Shown here: piece by piece, positions 1 through 9,037 of the stretch
How the letters are laid out: each line of letters begins with the position of its first letter
How positions within the stretch are numbered: position 1 is the first letter of the stretch
Assembly: GCA_965115955.1 (NCBI GenBank)
Contig: OZ220473.1
Coordinates: forward strand, 2,389,463-2,453,462
DNA: 64,000 nt
Source: Dehalococcoidia bacterium
GTDB taxonomy: Bacteria; Chloroflexota; Dehalococcoidia; Lucifugimonadales; UBA3495
Reading direction: 5' to 3'
The notes under the pieces: generated by a model
What the model saw: only the letters and a program-made list of their open reading frames with translations
What the model was told of the DNA's origin: nothing
The model's database searches: none
Made by a program: the position numbers and the translations under genes

Positions 1-95
1 GCCTGGTGCGAGACCGGGACGTAGACGACCGGACGCAATGGGTGGAGCGCATACCCGACGCAACCGGCTGACAGCAGACACGACAGGAGCAGGTC

Positions 96-620
96 ATGGC
101 AACGGAACCTCATCAGGCCGGTCAGGAGGCCAGCGCCAGTTTCTGCAACTGGCACCCCGATACTGAGACCCGGTTGCATTGCAGTCAATGTGGCAGGAGT
201 ATCTGCACCCTGTGCCTGGTGCAGGTGCCGGTGGGCATTCGCTGCCGCGAGTGCGGACGCCCTGAAAAACTGCCTACTTACGATGTGCAGCCGATGTATC
301 TCCTTCGCGCCGTAGGAGCAGCCGTGGCAATCGCTCTTGTTGGAGGCGTGATCTGGGGAGTAGTGGGCAAGGCTCTCAATGTGATACCCTTCGTTTCCTT
401 CCTGATCGGTTTTGGCGTTGGCTATGGCGCATCGGAACTAATCAGCATGTCTGCCAATCGCAAGCGAGGCGCGCCGCTGACATGGATAGCCGCCGGGGCC
501 GTGGGCGTCGCCGGCATTATTCACCTGTTCTTCCTTGGTCCACTCAGTGCGACAGGTGTGATCCTGAATCTGGTGATCGTCGGCCTTGCTATGTTCATAG
601 CATGGTCCAGGCTGCGCTGA
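96..620 (+). CDS. membrane protein with N-terminal B-box/zinc-ribbon-like domain and about 4 TM helices
   Basis: 174-aa ORF. Cys pattern CNWH..CSQCG..CTLC..CRECG is followed by G/A/V/I/L-rich hydrophobic segments. Function unknown. Confidence 0.55.
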   Translation: MATEPHQAGQEASASFCNWHPDTETRLHCSQCGRSICTLCLVQVPVGIRCRECGRPEKLPTYDVQPMYLLRAVGAAVAIALVGGVIWGVVGKALNVIPFVSFLIGFGVGYGASELISMSANRKRGAPLTWIAAGAVGVAGIIHLFFLGPLSATGVILNLVIVGLAMFIAWSRLR

Positions 621-685
621 TCTTATCCCCGCGACTGCGCAGAACAGGCCGGGGCGGTTCACTGGAAAGCCGGCGTCAGGGGCGC

Positions 686-1231
686 CTACAGGCTGATTGT
701 CGTCCGGTCCGGTTCATCCGTATTGATGTCGGAAACACCCAGTTCTCCTTGAAGCTGCTCCACGGTTCGCCGTATAACACCGGGATTGAAACCTCTCCGC
801 TCCAGATATGAGCCCACTCTGCGGCCGAAGGCTGCGCGATCGCTGCTCGACTGTCGGGAAGCGTAACGGATGGCGGACCGGTAGGCGGCGGCGTAGGAGT
901 CGAAGCCTTCCAGCGCTTGGCTGATTATTTCCGCCGCTACGCCGCGCTGTTTGAGTTCCTGCGCGATCATGCCGGGGCTGCGGGGTTTTCGTCGTTCCCT
1001 GCTTTCCCGCCATTGCCTGGCAAAGTCCTTATCGTTCAATAACCCCTCGGCTTGCAGCTTGCTCACGGTTTGCTCCGCCGCCGTGTCGCTGAATCGGCGG
1101 CGCAGGCGCTCGCGCATCTCGGCCGCTGTTCTGGGTCTCAAGGCCAGCAGGCGTAGAGCTGCGTTGCGCGCTCTGGCTGATTCCTCCCGCCCCGAAGGGC
1201 GATGCGGATTGTCAATAGGTTCTTCGAACAT
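686..1231 (-). CDS. recX: recombination regulator RecX
   Basis: 181-aa ORF immediately downstream of recA on the same strand. RecX-like helical repeats (ALRLLALRPRTAAEMRERLRRR.., FARQWRESRERRKPRSPGMIAQELKQRGV). Confidence 0.8.
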   Translation of the reverse strand: MFEEPIDNPHRPSGREESARARNAALRLLALRPRTAAEMRERLRRRFSDTAAEQTVSKLQAEGLLNDKDFARQWRESRERRKPRSPGMIAQELKQRGVAAEIISQALEGFDSYAAAYRSAIRYASRQSSSDRAAFGRRVGSYLERRGFNPGVIRRTVEQLQGELGVSDINTDEPDRTTISL

Positions 1232-1306
1232 GGGTCAACCCCGGAAGAACAGAATAAAAGCCTGCCCTGAGGTGGGACGGGTTAAGGGCAGGCTTAGGCG
1301 GTGGGA

Positions 1307-2410
1307 TTAGTCTGGTGAGACAGGTTCTGAACCGTTGAGGGAAGGCGCTCCGCTGTAGGGCAGTGCGTCGTCTTCTTCCATCTGTGGTTCGGGGCCGGTG
1401 GCTGTCGGGTCGCTGCCGGCCCGGATGCGGCTCTCCACCGATGCGGCAATTTCAGGGTGCTGCTGGAGGAATTCCTTTGCGTTCTCCCGGCCTTGTCCCA
1501 AGCGGGTGTCGCCGTAGGAGTAGAAGGCGCCGGACTTCTTGACGATTCCCCTGGCTGTGCCGATCTCCAGCAGATCGCCCATCCTGCTGATGCCCTGGTT
1601 GAACATGATGTCGAATTCTGCGACCCGGAAGGGAGCAGCCACTTTGTTCTTGACGACGCGGGCCCGAACCCGGTTTCCGATTACTTCAGAACCCTGCTTG
1701 ATGGACTCGACACGGCGCAGGTCGATGCGAACGGAGCTATAGAACTTGAGGGCCCGTCCACCGGGTGTTACCTCCGGGCTGCCATAGGTCACTCCCACCT
1801 TGTCCCGGAGCTGGTTGATGAAGACCACCGCGGTCTTTGACTTGTGAATGGTGCCGGTGAGTTTGCGGAGAGCCTGAGACATCAGGCGGGCTTGGAGACC
1901 AACGTGAGTGTCGCCCATGTCGCCTTCGATTTCCGCCTGCGGAACGAGTGCAGCGACGCTGTCTACCACTATTGCGTCTATGGCTCCGCTGCGCACCAGT
2001 TGTTCGGTGATGTCCAGGGCTTGCTCTGCGCTGTCCGGCTGGGCGATGAGCAATTCGTTCAGGTCCAGCCCGCAGTTGCCAGCGTATGTAGGGTCCAACG
2101 CATGCTCGACGTCGATATAAGCGGCGACGCCCCCGGCCTTCTGGGTTTCAGACATCAGGTGAATGGCGAGGGTGGATTTGCCGGCCGACTCTGCGCCGTA
2201 GATTTCGGTCACGCGGCCACGCGGGATACCCCCGGCGCCCAGCGCCAGGTCTACGGCCAGGGATCCCGTTGAAATAGACTCGGTGGTCAAGCTGTCGCTG
2301 AGTTGCCCCAGGCGCATGACGGCGCCCTTGCCGTGATCCTTCTCGATACTGTTCAGGGCTATATCCAGCGCCGCTTTCTTGTCGTTCTCTATCTTTTCCT
2401 TTTTCATCAC
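1307..2410 (-). CDS. recA: recombinase RecA
   Basis: 367 aa. Walker [12 protein letters not shown], plus [19 protein letters not shown] and [11 protein letters not shown] motifs. Confidence 0.97.
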   Translation of the reverse strand: MMKKEKIENDKKAALDIALNSIEKDHGKGAVMRLGQLSDSLTTESISTGSLAVDLALGAGGIPRGRVTEIYGAESAGKSTLAIHLMSETQKAGGVAAYIDVEHALDPTYAGNCGLDLNELLIAQPDSAEQALDITEQLVRSGAIDAIVVDSVAALVPQAEIEGDMGDTHVGLQARLMSQALRKLTGTIHKSKTAVVFINQLRDKVGVTYGSPEVTPGGRALKFYSSVRIDLRRVESIKQGSEVIGNRVRARVVKNKVAAPFRVAEFDIMFNQGISRMGDLLEIGTARGIVKKSGAFYSYGDTRLGQGRENAKEFLQQHPEIAASVESRIRAGSDPTATGPEPQMEEDDALPYSGAPSLNGSEPVSPD

Positions 2411-2444
2411 CCGGCACGTGCCTCCCGTTTGAATGATGACAGCC

Positions 2445-2458
2445 TAACATTTGTTCTA
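2445..2458 (-). promoter_or_regulatory. candidate LexA/SOS (Cheo-type) box in the recA promoter region
   Basis: Minus-strand TAGAACAAATGTTA is GAAC-N4-GTTA, one mismatch from GAAC-N4-GTTC. It lies about 40 nt upstream of the recA start, next to a GATAAT -10-like hexamer. Confidence 0.4.
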
Positions 2459-2561
2459 TTATCAAAACAACGGGCAACTGTCAGGAATTCAGAATTCCCG
2501 GAATTCGCCTGCTGACGGGCTAACAGGCGGCAGGGGCAGCCATGGGAAAGCCAGGGATTGA

Positions 2562-2583
2562 GCGGTCGAGCCAACCGGCCCGC
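2562..2583 (-). promoter_or_regulatory. SECIS-like hairpin after the Grx-like UGA
   Basis: mRNA sense GCGG-GCC-GGUU-GGC-UCGA-CCGC. The apical GGUU loop starts 18 nt after the UGA. Confidence 0.45.
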
Positions 2584-2585
2584 AG

Positions 2586-2846
2586 CTAAAACTCTCAAGT
2601 GCCTCCCTTAAACCCGATGGTGACCGTGCCGCCCTCTACGATTACCGGCGTTACACGCTCGCCGTTGGTCAGGGCCAGCAGTTCAGGAATCCGGTCTTCC
2701 TGCCGGGACAGATCGACTTCTTCATAGGCGACCTTGCGCTTGCGGTAGTCCATTTTGGCCGCCGACGAAAATGCGCAGTCGGGATGAGTGTAGAGGATGA
2801 CATAACTGGCTTGCGTCACGTTCTGCTCCTGCCGGCCGCCCTGCAC
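2586..2846 (-). CDS. glutaredoxin-like protein, probable selenoprotein ending Sec-Glu-Phe-stop (Uxx-star type)
   Basis: The ORF track stops at TGA 2595-2597. Reading through gives ..GFKGGT-U-E-F-TAG (TAG at 2586-2588). Grx fold signature YVILYTHPDCAFS (CxxS) and TPVIVEGG. A SECIS-like hairpin follows. GTG start at 2846 is uncertain. Confidence 0.6.
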
Positions 2847-3002
2847 GGCAACCCGGCCAGTAGTTGTGCTTGTGCAGATTGTACGCGTCCTTGATGGTTA
2901 GTTCAACGCGGATGGTTAGTTCAACGCGCCCCCGGTTTGTCCTGGAAACCGCAGCAGCGTCGCACGGATGTTATGCTAGTGTTGCGATACCTCTGAAGAG
3001 GC

Positions 3003-4199
3003 GTGCTTTCTATGGACTCAGCCGACAATCAACCGGTCATCAATACAGTGGCCGCGCTTCTTGAAGAATTTTCTGTAGGTGTGGGCCGCATCACGCCGGG
3101 CCCTCGCGGTTCGCGGCTTGGCGGCGAACCCAGGGCGCTGCTGGAGGCGGCCGTCGGGTCGCTGACCGGTGAGGAAATAGACCGTTCTGCGCTGGTATAC
3201 GGCAACGCCTGCTATGCCTTGGGCCGGCACGAAGATGCTTCATCGGCGTACCGCAGAGTCTTGGAGCGCGACCCTGCCTGCGTCGAGGCGCGCTTCAACC
3301 TGGGTCTGGCCCAGCTTCGCCTCCGGAGGCCGGAGGAGGCGGCGCTGGAATTCACCGAGACCCTCGTGCGCTCCCCGCAACTGGCCGAGGCCTACTACCA
3401 GAGAGGCAACGCCCACGACGATCTGGGTGACGTGGAGCGGGCCCTGTCCGATTACTCCCGCGCCATAGACCTGGCTCCAGGCTACATACAGCCGATGTAC
3501 AATCGGGGGATTGTGCTGTCCGGCGCAGGCCGGCACCAGGAGGCAGTCGCCCAGTTTGAGCGTGTAATCGCTTTGCGGCCAGACATCGGCAACGCTCACC
3601 TGAACCGCGGAGCCTCTCTGGATGAGCTGGGACTGCACGAAGAGGCCATAGGCAGCTATACGCGCGCTGCTGAGTTGAATAGTGATGACCCAAGGCCACT
3701 GTTCAATCGCGCCCGCACCTGCTACTATCTGGGCCGTTTGCAGGAAGCTCTGATCGACTATACGGAAGTGCTGCGCCTGGACCCGGACGACGCAGAGGCC
3801 TACAACAATCGCGGGTTGACCTATGATGCCATGGGAGATTATGAGTCTGCCGTTGCTGATTATGAGCAGGCTCTGGCGGCCCGGCCGGGTTTTGCAGAGG
3901 CTCACAGCAACCGGGGCGCAGTCCTGGAAGCGCAAGGCGAAGTCGAAGCCGCCCTGGAAGCCTATCATGCCGCCCTGGAAGACAGCCCCGGCCTGGCGTC
4001 GGCACACTATAACGCGGCGAGAGTCTATTCCCAGATGGGGGAGGTGGATGCTTGCCTGCGTCATCTGGACAGCTTGCTGACCCTGGCGCCGGAACTGGCG
4101 GAAGACGCCGCCCAGGACGAGCATTTGGCATGGGCGTTGCGTCTACGGGAGATGAGGGCGTCGCGGTCCCCTGATGATACTCCGGATTTGGCGCTCTAG
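3003..4199 (+). CDS. tetratricopeptide (TPR) repeat protein
   Basis: 398 aa with about 9 consecutive 34-aa repeats (A..Y.rGna..dLGd.e.Al.dY..Al.l.P). Start is GTG 3003 or ATG 3012. Confidence 0.85.
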   Translation: MLSMDSADNQPVINTVAALLEEFSVGVGRITPGPRGSRLGGEPRALLEAAVGSLTGEEIDRSALVYGNACYALGRHEDASSAYRRVLERDPACVEARFNLGLAQLRLRRPEEAALEFTETLVRSPQLAEAYYQRGNAHDDLGDVERALSDYSRAIDLAPGYIQPMYNRGIVLSGAGRHQEAVAQFERVIALRPDIGNAHLNRGASLDELGLHEEAIGSYTRAAELNSDDPRPLFNRARTCYYLGRLQEALIDYTEVLRLDPDDAEAYNNRGLTYDAMGDYESAVADYEQALAARPGFAEAHSNRGAVLEAQGEVEAALEAYHAALEDSPGLASAHYNAARVYSQMGEVDACLRHLDSLLTLAPELAEDAAQDEHLAWALRLREMRASRSPDDTPDLAL

Positions 4200-4864
4200 C
4201 CTCTTCTGGAGATTTCCTGCGGCAGATCAGACTCCGCGTCCATTTCACCCTCGCCGCTTAGCGAGTCGGTGGCGTTGATTCTGCGGCGAACAATCATGCT
4301 TCGCAACAGAACCGAGCCGGCCAGCACTGCCAGTCCCGAGATGAGTTCGACTTCGTGGCGGTATGCAAGGCTGATGCCCAGCATCAGCGTAAAGGCGGCG
4401 CAGATGCCCCAGGACGACCGCAGGTAGTGGTTGCGCATCAGGAGAACCGTAGCGAACCCTACAACTACGGCCAGGGCGGTCAGTTCGGGAACAAGGGCGG
4501 CGCTCACTCCAATCAGAGGAGTCATGGCGTCGCCGCCACGGAAGGAAGAGAAAACCGAGGCCCAATGGCCCACTATGGCGGACGCTGCGGCGATCAGCGT
4601 CAGCGGCGCATCAATGCCCAGCGCCCAGGCCACTGCCACGGCCGCCGAACCCTTGCCCACGTCTCCGGCGAACACGAGCATCGCACTGCGCCGCCCCACG
4701 TTCCAGAACACGTTGGCTGTTCCGGCCAGGGTGCTGCCGGTGCTGAATATGTCTACGCCCTTGATGCAGCGGCTGATCCACTGAGCAAAAGGCAATGCCC
4801 CCAGCAGGTACCCAATCACCCCTGAGGCGACGAGTTGCAGTATTTCCATCTGACCGTCGGGCAT
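4196..4864 (-). CDS. plsY: glycerol-3-phosphate acyltransferase PlsY family
   Basis: 222 aa, polytopic. GYLLGALPFAQWI..G.D....GS...GTANVFWNVGRR..AGDVGKG resembles PlsY motifs. Confidence 0.65.
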   Translation of the reverse strand: MPDGQMEILQLVASGVIGYLLGALPFAQWISRCIKGVDIFSTGSTLAGTANVFWNVGRRSAMLVFAGDVGKGSAAVAVAWALGIDAPLTLIAAASAIVGHWASVFSSFRGGDAMTPLIGVSAALVPELTALAVVVGFATVLLMRNHYLRSSWGICAAFTLMLGISLAYRHEVELISGLAVLAGSVLLRSMIVRRRINATDSLSGEGEMDAESDLPQEISRRG

Positions 4865-5083
4865 CCTCTTGCGCCGGCCCAGAAGCCGGGTTCAGTTCCT
4901 GAAACCCAAATATAGCAGTCGGCAGGCTGTGGTGGTAGCGGAGGCGAGGCCTCTTGACCCATTGGCGATTCTCTGCAACCTGCGGCGAATCGCCGACGAG
5001 GGTATACTTGGAATGTTGCCGGCCCTCGGTAGATTGCTGTGCCGGGAGGCGCTGAATTTGCGGCTCCGGCGAGGTTGGAAGCT

Positions 5084-6316
5084 ATGACCGCACTCAGTCC
5101 CGCTGGCCCCCTGGCTGGCATGGTTACCCTGGACTTGACGCAAATTCTGGCAGGGCCCATGTGCACCATGGTTCTTGCCGACATGGGCGCCGATGTAATC
5201 AAAGTTGAGAAGCCCAACGGCGGCGACGATAACCGCCGTATGGGGCCGCCCTTCATCAAGGACTGGTCGGCCGGTTTCCTTGCCGTTAATCGCAACAAGC
5301 GCAGCCTTGCCCTGGACTTGCGCAGCGATGCCGGGCGCCGTGTTTTCCTGCGGCTGGTGGAATATGCCGACGTGGTGGTGGAGAATTTCCGCCCCGGTGT
5401 TATGCAGCGGCTGGGCTTGGCCTACGAACAACTTGCGGCAATCAAGCCCAGTCTCGTCTACTGCGCTATTTCGGGTTTCGGCAGCACGGGCCCGGCCCGT
5501 AACCGAGGCGGCTTCGACCTGGTCGCCCAGGGTGTCAGCGGCCTGATGAGCATCACCGGCCATCCCGATTCGCCGCCGGCAAAAGTGGGAGTGCCCATAA
5601 CCGACCTGACCGCCGGGTTGTTCGCTGCCAACGGAATAATGGCCGCCTACATCCACGCTCTCAAGAACGGGGAGGGCCAGATGGTCGATACTTCGCTTTT
5701 GGAGGCGGGGGTCGCGTATACCGTCTGGGAGTCGTCGGTTTACTTCGCGGAAGGGGAAATTCCCGGCCCCCTGGGATCGGCGCATCGCGTCTCGGCGCCC
5801 TACCAGGCCCTGCGCACCAGGGATGGCCACCTTAACCTGGGCGCTGCAACCCAGCCTACCTGGGAGCAGTTGTGCCGGGCCATAGGGCGCGAGGATCTGT
5901 TGGAAGACGACCGCTTCCGCGCCCCCTGGGACCGCAAGGCGAGAGAGGAAGAGCTGGCCGCCCTGCTGGAAGAGACGTTTTCCACAGATAGCACCGCCCA
6001 CTGGCTGCAATTGCTGGATGCCGCCGGTGTGGTTGCCGGCCCGATCAACAATATGGAGCAGGTCTATCGCGACCCTCAGGTGCTGGCCCGAGAGATGCTG
6101 GTGAACACTGAAGACCCAGTGTTAGGCACCGTACATAATATCGGAATACCCGTGAAATTGTCGGCTACCCCTGGGGGTATCCGCCGCCGCGCCCCGGCTC
6201 TGGGCGAACACTCGGCGGAAGTGCTGCTGGAAAGAGGGTTCACTCAGGAAGAGGTGGATGCCCTGATGGGCGAGGGAACGATTCTGGGCAACCAGGGCAG
6301 CGGCAGCAGGCGATAA
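5084..6316 (+). CDS. CaiB/BaiF family III CoA-transferase
   Basis: LDLTQILAGPMCTMVLADMGADVIKVEKPNGGDDNR is a typical N-terminus. ATG 5084 is preferred over the track start 5039. Confidence 0.85.
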   Translation: MTALSPAGPLAGMVTLDLTQILAGPMCTMVLADMGADVIKVEKPNGGDDNRRMGPPFIKDWSAGFLAVNRNKRSLALDLRSDAGRRVFLRLVEYADVVVENFRPGVMQRLGLAYEQLAAIKPSLVYCAISGFGSTGPARNRGGFDLVAQGVSGLMSITGHPDSPPAKVGVPITDLTAGLFAANGIMAAYIHALKNGEGQMVDTSLLEAGVAYTVWESSVYFAEGEIPGPLGSAHRVSAPYQALRTRDGHLNLGAATQPTWEQLCRAIGREDLLEDDRFRAPWDRKAREEELAALLEETFSTDSTAHWLQLLDAAGVVAGPINNMEQVYRDPQVLAREMLVNTEDPVLGTVHNIGIPVKLSATPGGIRRRAPALGEHSAEVLLERGFTQEEVDALMGEGTILGNQGSGSRR

Positions 6317-6324
6317 AGAGCCTG

Positions 6325-7587
6325 TTATTCCTCGCCGAAGAAGCGGCGTCGGTCATACTCTTTCAGCAGGTCGCCCGGGCCGCTGAGGAAGGTGTCGGGG
6401 TTTCGGGTGCGGTCTTCCCGCCAGCTCCGCATCGCTCTGGCGCGAATGGCGTCGGCCTCCGGCCCTGTATTCATCAGCAGTTGAGTCTGCCAGTTCTCCA
6501 TAGCGTGAATTACAGAGAAATAGCGTTTCCTTTCCACTGAGTAGGCCCTCCCGGCCTCGTCCCAGTCGCTGCAGGATAGCAGAAGTTCCTTCAGTATTCG
6601 GGCATCTCTAAAGGCCATCGAGAGGCCCTGGCCCCACGTGGGGTCTGTGTTGGCGGCGGCATCACCCACCAGAGCCACGCCGTTTCGGTAGGCCGATTCC
6701 ACCCACGTCGTTCGCCCGTCGAAAGTAGCCAGCGGCCCCGCAGGGCTGGCGTTGGCGTATACTTCGGACGGTACGCCCGCTTCGATGCACTGGGCGAGCG
6801 CTTCCGCGATATCGTCGTGGCCGCCGTACCGTCTGGCGCTCCCTGCGGCATAGCACAGGTAGACCCTCGCTCTTCCCTGCCCTTGGGGAAAGTGCAAGAT
6901 GAAGCGGCCCTTTGTCGTGTCCAGCCAGGAATGGGTCGCGTCGCCAGACAGAGCTAATCCGTCCAACAGAACACCCGATACCAGGTTGCGTTCGGGATCC
7001 TGCCTCACGCTGAAGCCGGCCCAGCTTCGGGCGAGGGAACGACGGCCGTCTGCTCCCACAACCAGGCGAGCCGAAACGCGAAGCGATGTTCCGTTTCGTT
7101 CCACCGACACGGCAGGGCCTGATGAGCCAGTGAAACTGTCGAGGCCTTGCACCCTGGTTCCCCTCCAGACTTCCGCTCCTGCATCCTCTGCGCACTGCAA
7201 CAGCGCGGACTGGAGGTTCGGGTGATAGCAGGCCATCACCGGCTCCTGGACTCTTGTTGTGCGAGTCAGGTCCCGGTGCCCTGATCTGTCGGCGCCCTGG
7301 TAGGAGTCCCAGAAGGGCAGCGGGTTGGCGACGGCCCGTTTCAGGTGGCTCTCCAATCCCAGCATGCGGACTTCGGCAACCCCCCAAGGCATCACGGCTT
7401 CCCCCCGCACCCGGTCTCGGAATGTCGCCTCGGCTTCCAGCACCAGCGTGCGCGCCCCTGCGGCGGCCATGCTGGCGGCCAGAGCGGCTCCGCCGACTCC
7501 TCCGCCGATGACGATCAGTTCGTACTCCCCGTTCGGCAATAGCTCCCCTTTCTCGCCTCTCCTTGAAACTATGCGGCAGTGCGCCAC
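6325..7587 (-). CDS. FAD-dependent monooxygenase/oxidoreductase
   Basis: 420 aa. Rossmann dinucleotide motif YELIVIGGGVGGAALAASMAAAGARTLVLE and GDAA motif (VALVGDAAANTDP). Confidence 0.8.
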   Translation of the reverse strand: MAHCRIVSRRGEKGELLPNGEYELIVIGGGVGGAALAASMAAAGARTLVLEAEATFRDRVRGEAVMPWGVAEVRMLGLESHLKRAVANPLPFWDSYQGADRSGHRDLTRTTRVQEPVMACYHPNLQSALLQCAEDAGAEVWRGTRVQGLDSFTGSSGPAVSVERNGTSLRVSARLVVGADGRRSLARSWAGFSVRQDPERNLVSGVLLDGLALSGDATHSWLDTTKGRFILHFPQGQGRARVYLCYAAGSARRYGGHDDIAEALAQCIEAGVPSEVYANASPAGPLATFDGRTTWVESAYRNGVALVGDAAANTDPTWGQGLSMAFRDARILKELLLSCSDWDEAGRAYSVERKRYFSVIHAMENWQTQLLMNTGPEADAIRARAMRSWREDRTRNPDTFLSGPGDLLKEYDRRRFFGEE

Positions 7588-8399
7588 GGGAGGCCGTTGG
7601 TTGCAGCGAGGAATCCGTCGATCAAGGCTGGACTGGAGCAGATGACGCTGGGGCTGAACAGGCCGGCTTCATTGCCCTGCCGGTCTACGATGCGGCCTCC
7701 GGCTTCCTGGGCCAGGATCAGCCCGGCGGCGATGTCCCATGGCGACAGAGAGTGATGGAAGAACAGGTCTACTCTTCCCGATGCGGCATAGGCCACGCCC
7801 AGGCCGGCGGAACCCATCAGCCTCACGCTGTACATCCCCGGCCAAAGGGAGCGGAGCATGTCCAGAGCCAGCCCCGCCTTTTCGTCTACGTAGCCAAGGT
7901 CGCAACTGAGCAGGCAGCGGGACAGATTGGTGGTCCGGGAAACCTCGATCGGTTCCCCGTTCAGAAAGGCGCCCTGTCCCTGCGCTGCGGTGAATGTCTC
8001 CTCCCGCACTGGGTCATAAATAACCCCCGCGATGATTTCGTCGCCCTTCGCCAACGCCGCAATGGTGCAGAAGTGGGGGATGCTATGGGCGTAGTTGCGG
8101 GTGCCGTCCAGAGGGTCCACGATCCAGCGATAAGGGGACAATCCGGCCACCGGTTGCGATTCCTCAGCCAGAATGCCGAATTCGGGGAAGGCTCCAGTAA
8201 GAATTTCCAGCACGGCCTTCTCCGCAGCCACGTCGATGTCGGTGACGATGTCGGCGCGGCCTTTGAAGGTTATCTGTTTGTCCGAGTTCCACCCGTTGCG
8301 GATGATCTCGCCCGCCGTGCGGGTCGCCTCCAGAGCGATGTCCATTGCGCTCCGCCCGTCGGCTGTAGTGGGCAGAGCGCTGGCTGATTGTTCGGTCAT
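7569..8399 (-). CDS. inositol monophosphatase family protein
   Basis: 276 aa. ILAEES and WIVDPLDGTRNYAHSIP motifs. The overlapping plus-strand ORF 7563-8387 is antisense noise. Confidence 0.85.
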   Translation of the reverse strand: MTEQSASALPTTADGRSAMDIALEATRTAGEIIRNGWNSDKQITFKGRADIVTDIDVAAEKAVLEILTGAFPEFGILAEESQPVAGLSPYRWIVDPLDGTRNYAHSIPHFCTIAALAKGDEIIAGVIYDPVREETFTAAQGQGAFLNGEPIEVSRTTNLSRCLLSCDLGYVDEKAGLALDMLRSLWPGMYSVRLMGSAGLGVAYAASGRVDLFFHHSLSPWDIAAGLILAQEAGGRIVDRQGNEAGLFSPSVICSSPALIDGFLAATNGLPWRTAA

Positions 8400-8491
8400 G
8401 TTTCCTTAATCTTCCTTGCTGCGAGAGAGTACAGCTGCTGAGCTGATTGATCTTAAAGTGGATTGACCTCGATTTTCCGGGGCGTTTTCAG

Positions 8492-9019
8492 CTATCTCCA
8501 GAAAATTGGATTAACTCCCTTGTAAAGGGTTACTATCTGGCCATTCAGTTCTACGGTCTGGTTTTCAGCTACACGGATCGAGTAAATCTGGCCTGATACC
8601 AATTGGGTCAGCTCGCCAATTTCCGATGCCGACGGCGCCTCGCGCCCGGGCGGCAGAGCCTGCTCCACAGAGAAAGTCCCCATGGGGTCGTAAGTAGACA
8701 GACGCTGGAGCTCATTGTCGATATGTAACACCCACAGCAGGTTATCTCCCAAAGGTTCCAGGGCCAATGCTATGGGCTGCCCGGACTCTGGAGCGGGGGA
8801 GAGTTCCGACGTTGACTCTGGTTCGAGCGTGGGGGAAAGCTCCGAAGTTGACTCTGGTTCGAGCGTGGGGGAAAGCTCCGAAGTTGGCTCTGGTTCGGGC
8901 GTAGGGGAAAACCCCGGCGCCGGCTCAGGTTCGGGCGTAGGCGTTGGAGTGTCCGATCCGCAGGCGAAGAGGCCGGCGGCGATCAAGGCAATTAAAAGGA
9001 ACGAGGCGAAAATTCTCAT
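8492..9019 (-). CDS. lipoprotein with Pro/Glu/Thr-rich repeat linker and a diverged copy of the paralog-family C-terminal domain
   Basis: Signal peptide plus lipobox (LIAAGLFACGSD), PTPEPEP/SPTLEPESTSEL repeats, then ..LGDNLLWVLH...YDP....LTQLVSGQIYSIRVAENQTVELNGQIVTLYKGVNPIFWR. This aligns with ..[50 protein letters not shown] of the six-gene family. Confidence 0.7.
   Translation of the reverse strand: MRIFASFLLIALIAAGLFACGSDTPTPTPEPEPAPGFSPTPEPEPTSELSPTLEPESTSELSPTLEPESTSELSPAPESGQPIALALEPLGDNLLWVLHIDNELQRLSTYDPMGTFSVEQALPPGREAPSASEIGELTQLVSGQIYSIRVAENQTVELNGQIVTLYKGVNPIFWR
8801..8908. repeat. 3 x 36-nt in-frame tandem repeat (SPTLEPESTSEL unit)
   Basis: Direct reading gives units 8801-8836, 8837-8872 and 8873-8908 with few substitutions. 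Confidence 0.85.
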
Positions 9020-9037
9020 ATCACCCAGCGATTTTGG

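Noticed and set aside
3240-8387. Other long shadow ORFs (3240-4124, 4892-6010, 6662-7387, 7563-8387, 33660-34667, 40452-41465, 43499-44434, 45099-45983, 48725-49525)
   Set aside because: Each overlaps a gene on the opposite strand or in another frame that has clear homology signatures. They are high-GC frame artefacts.
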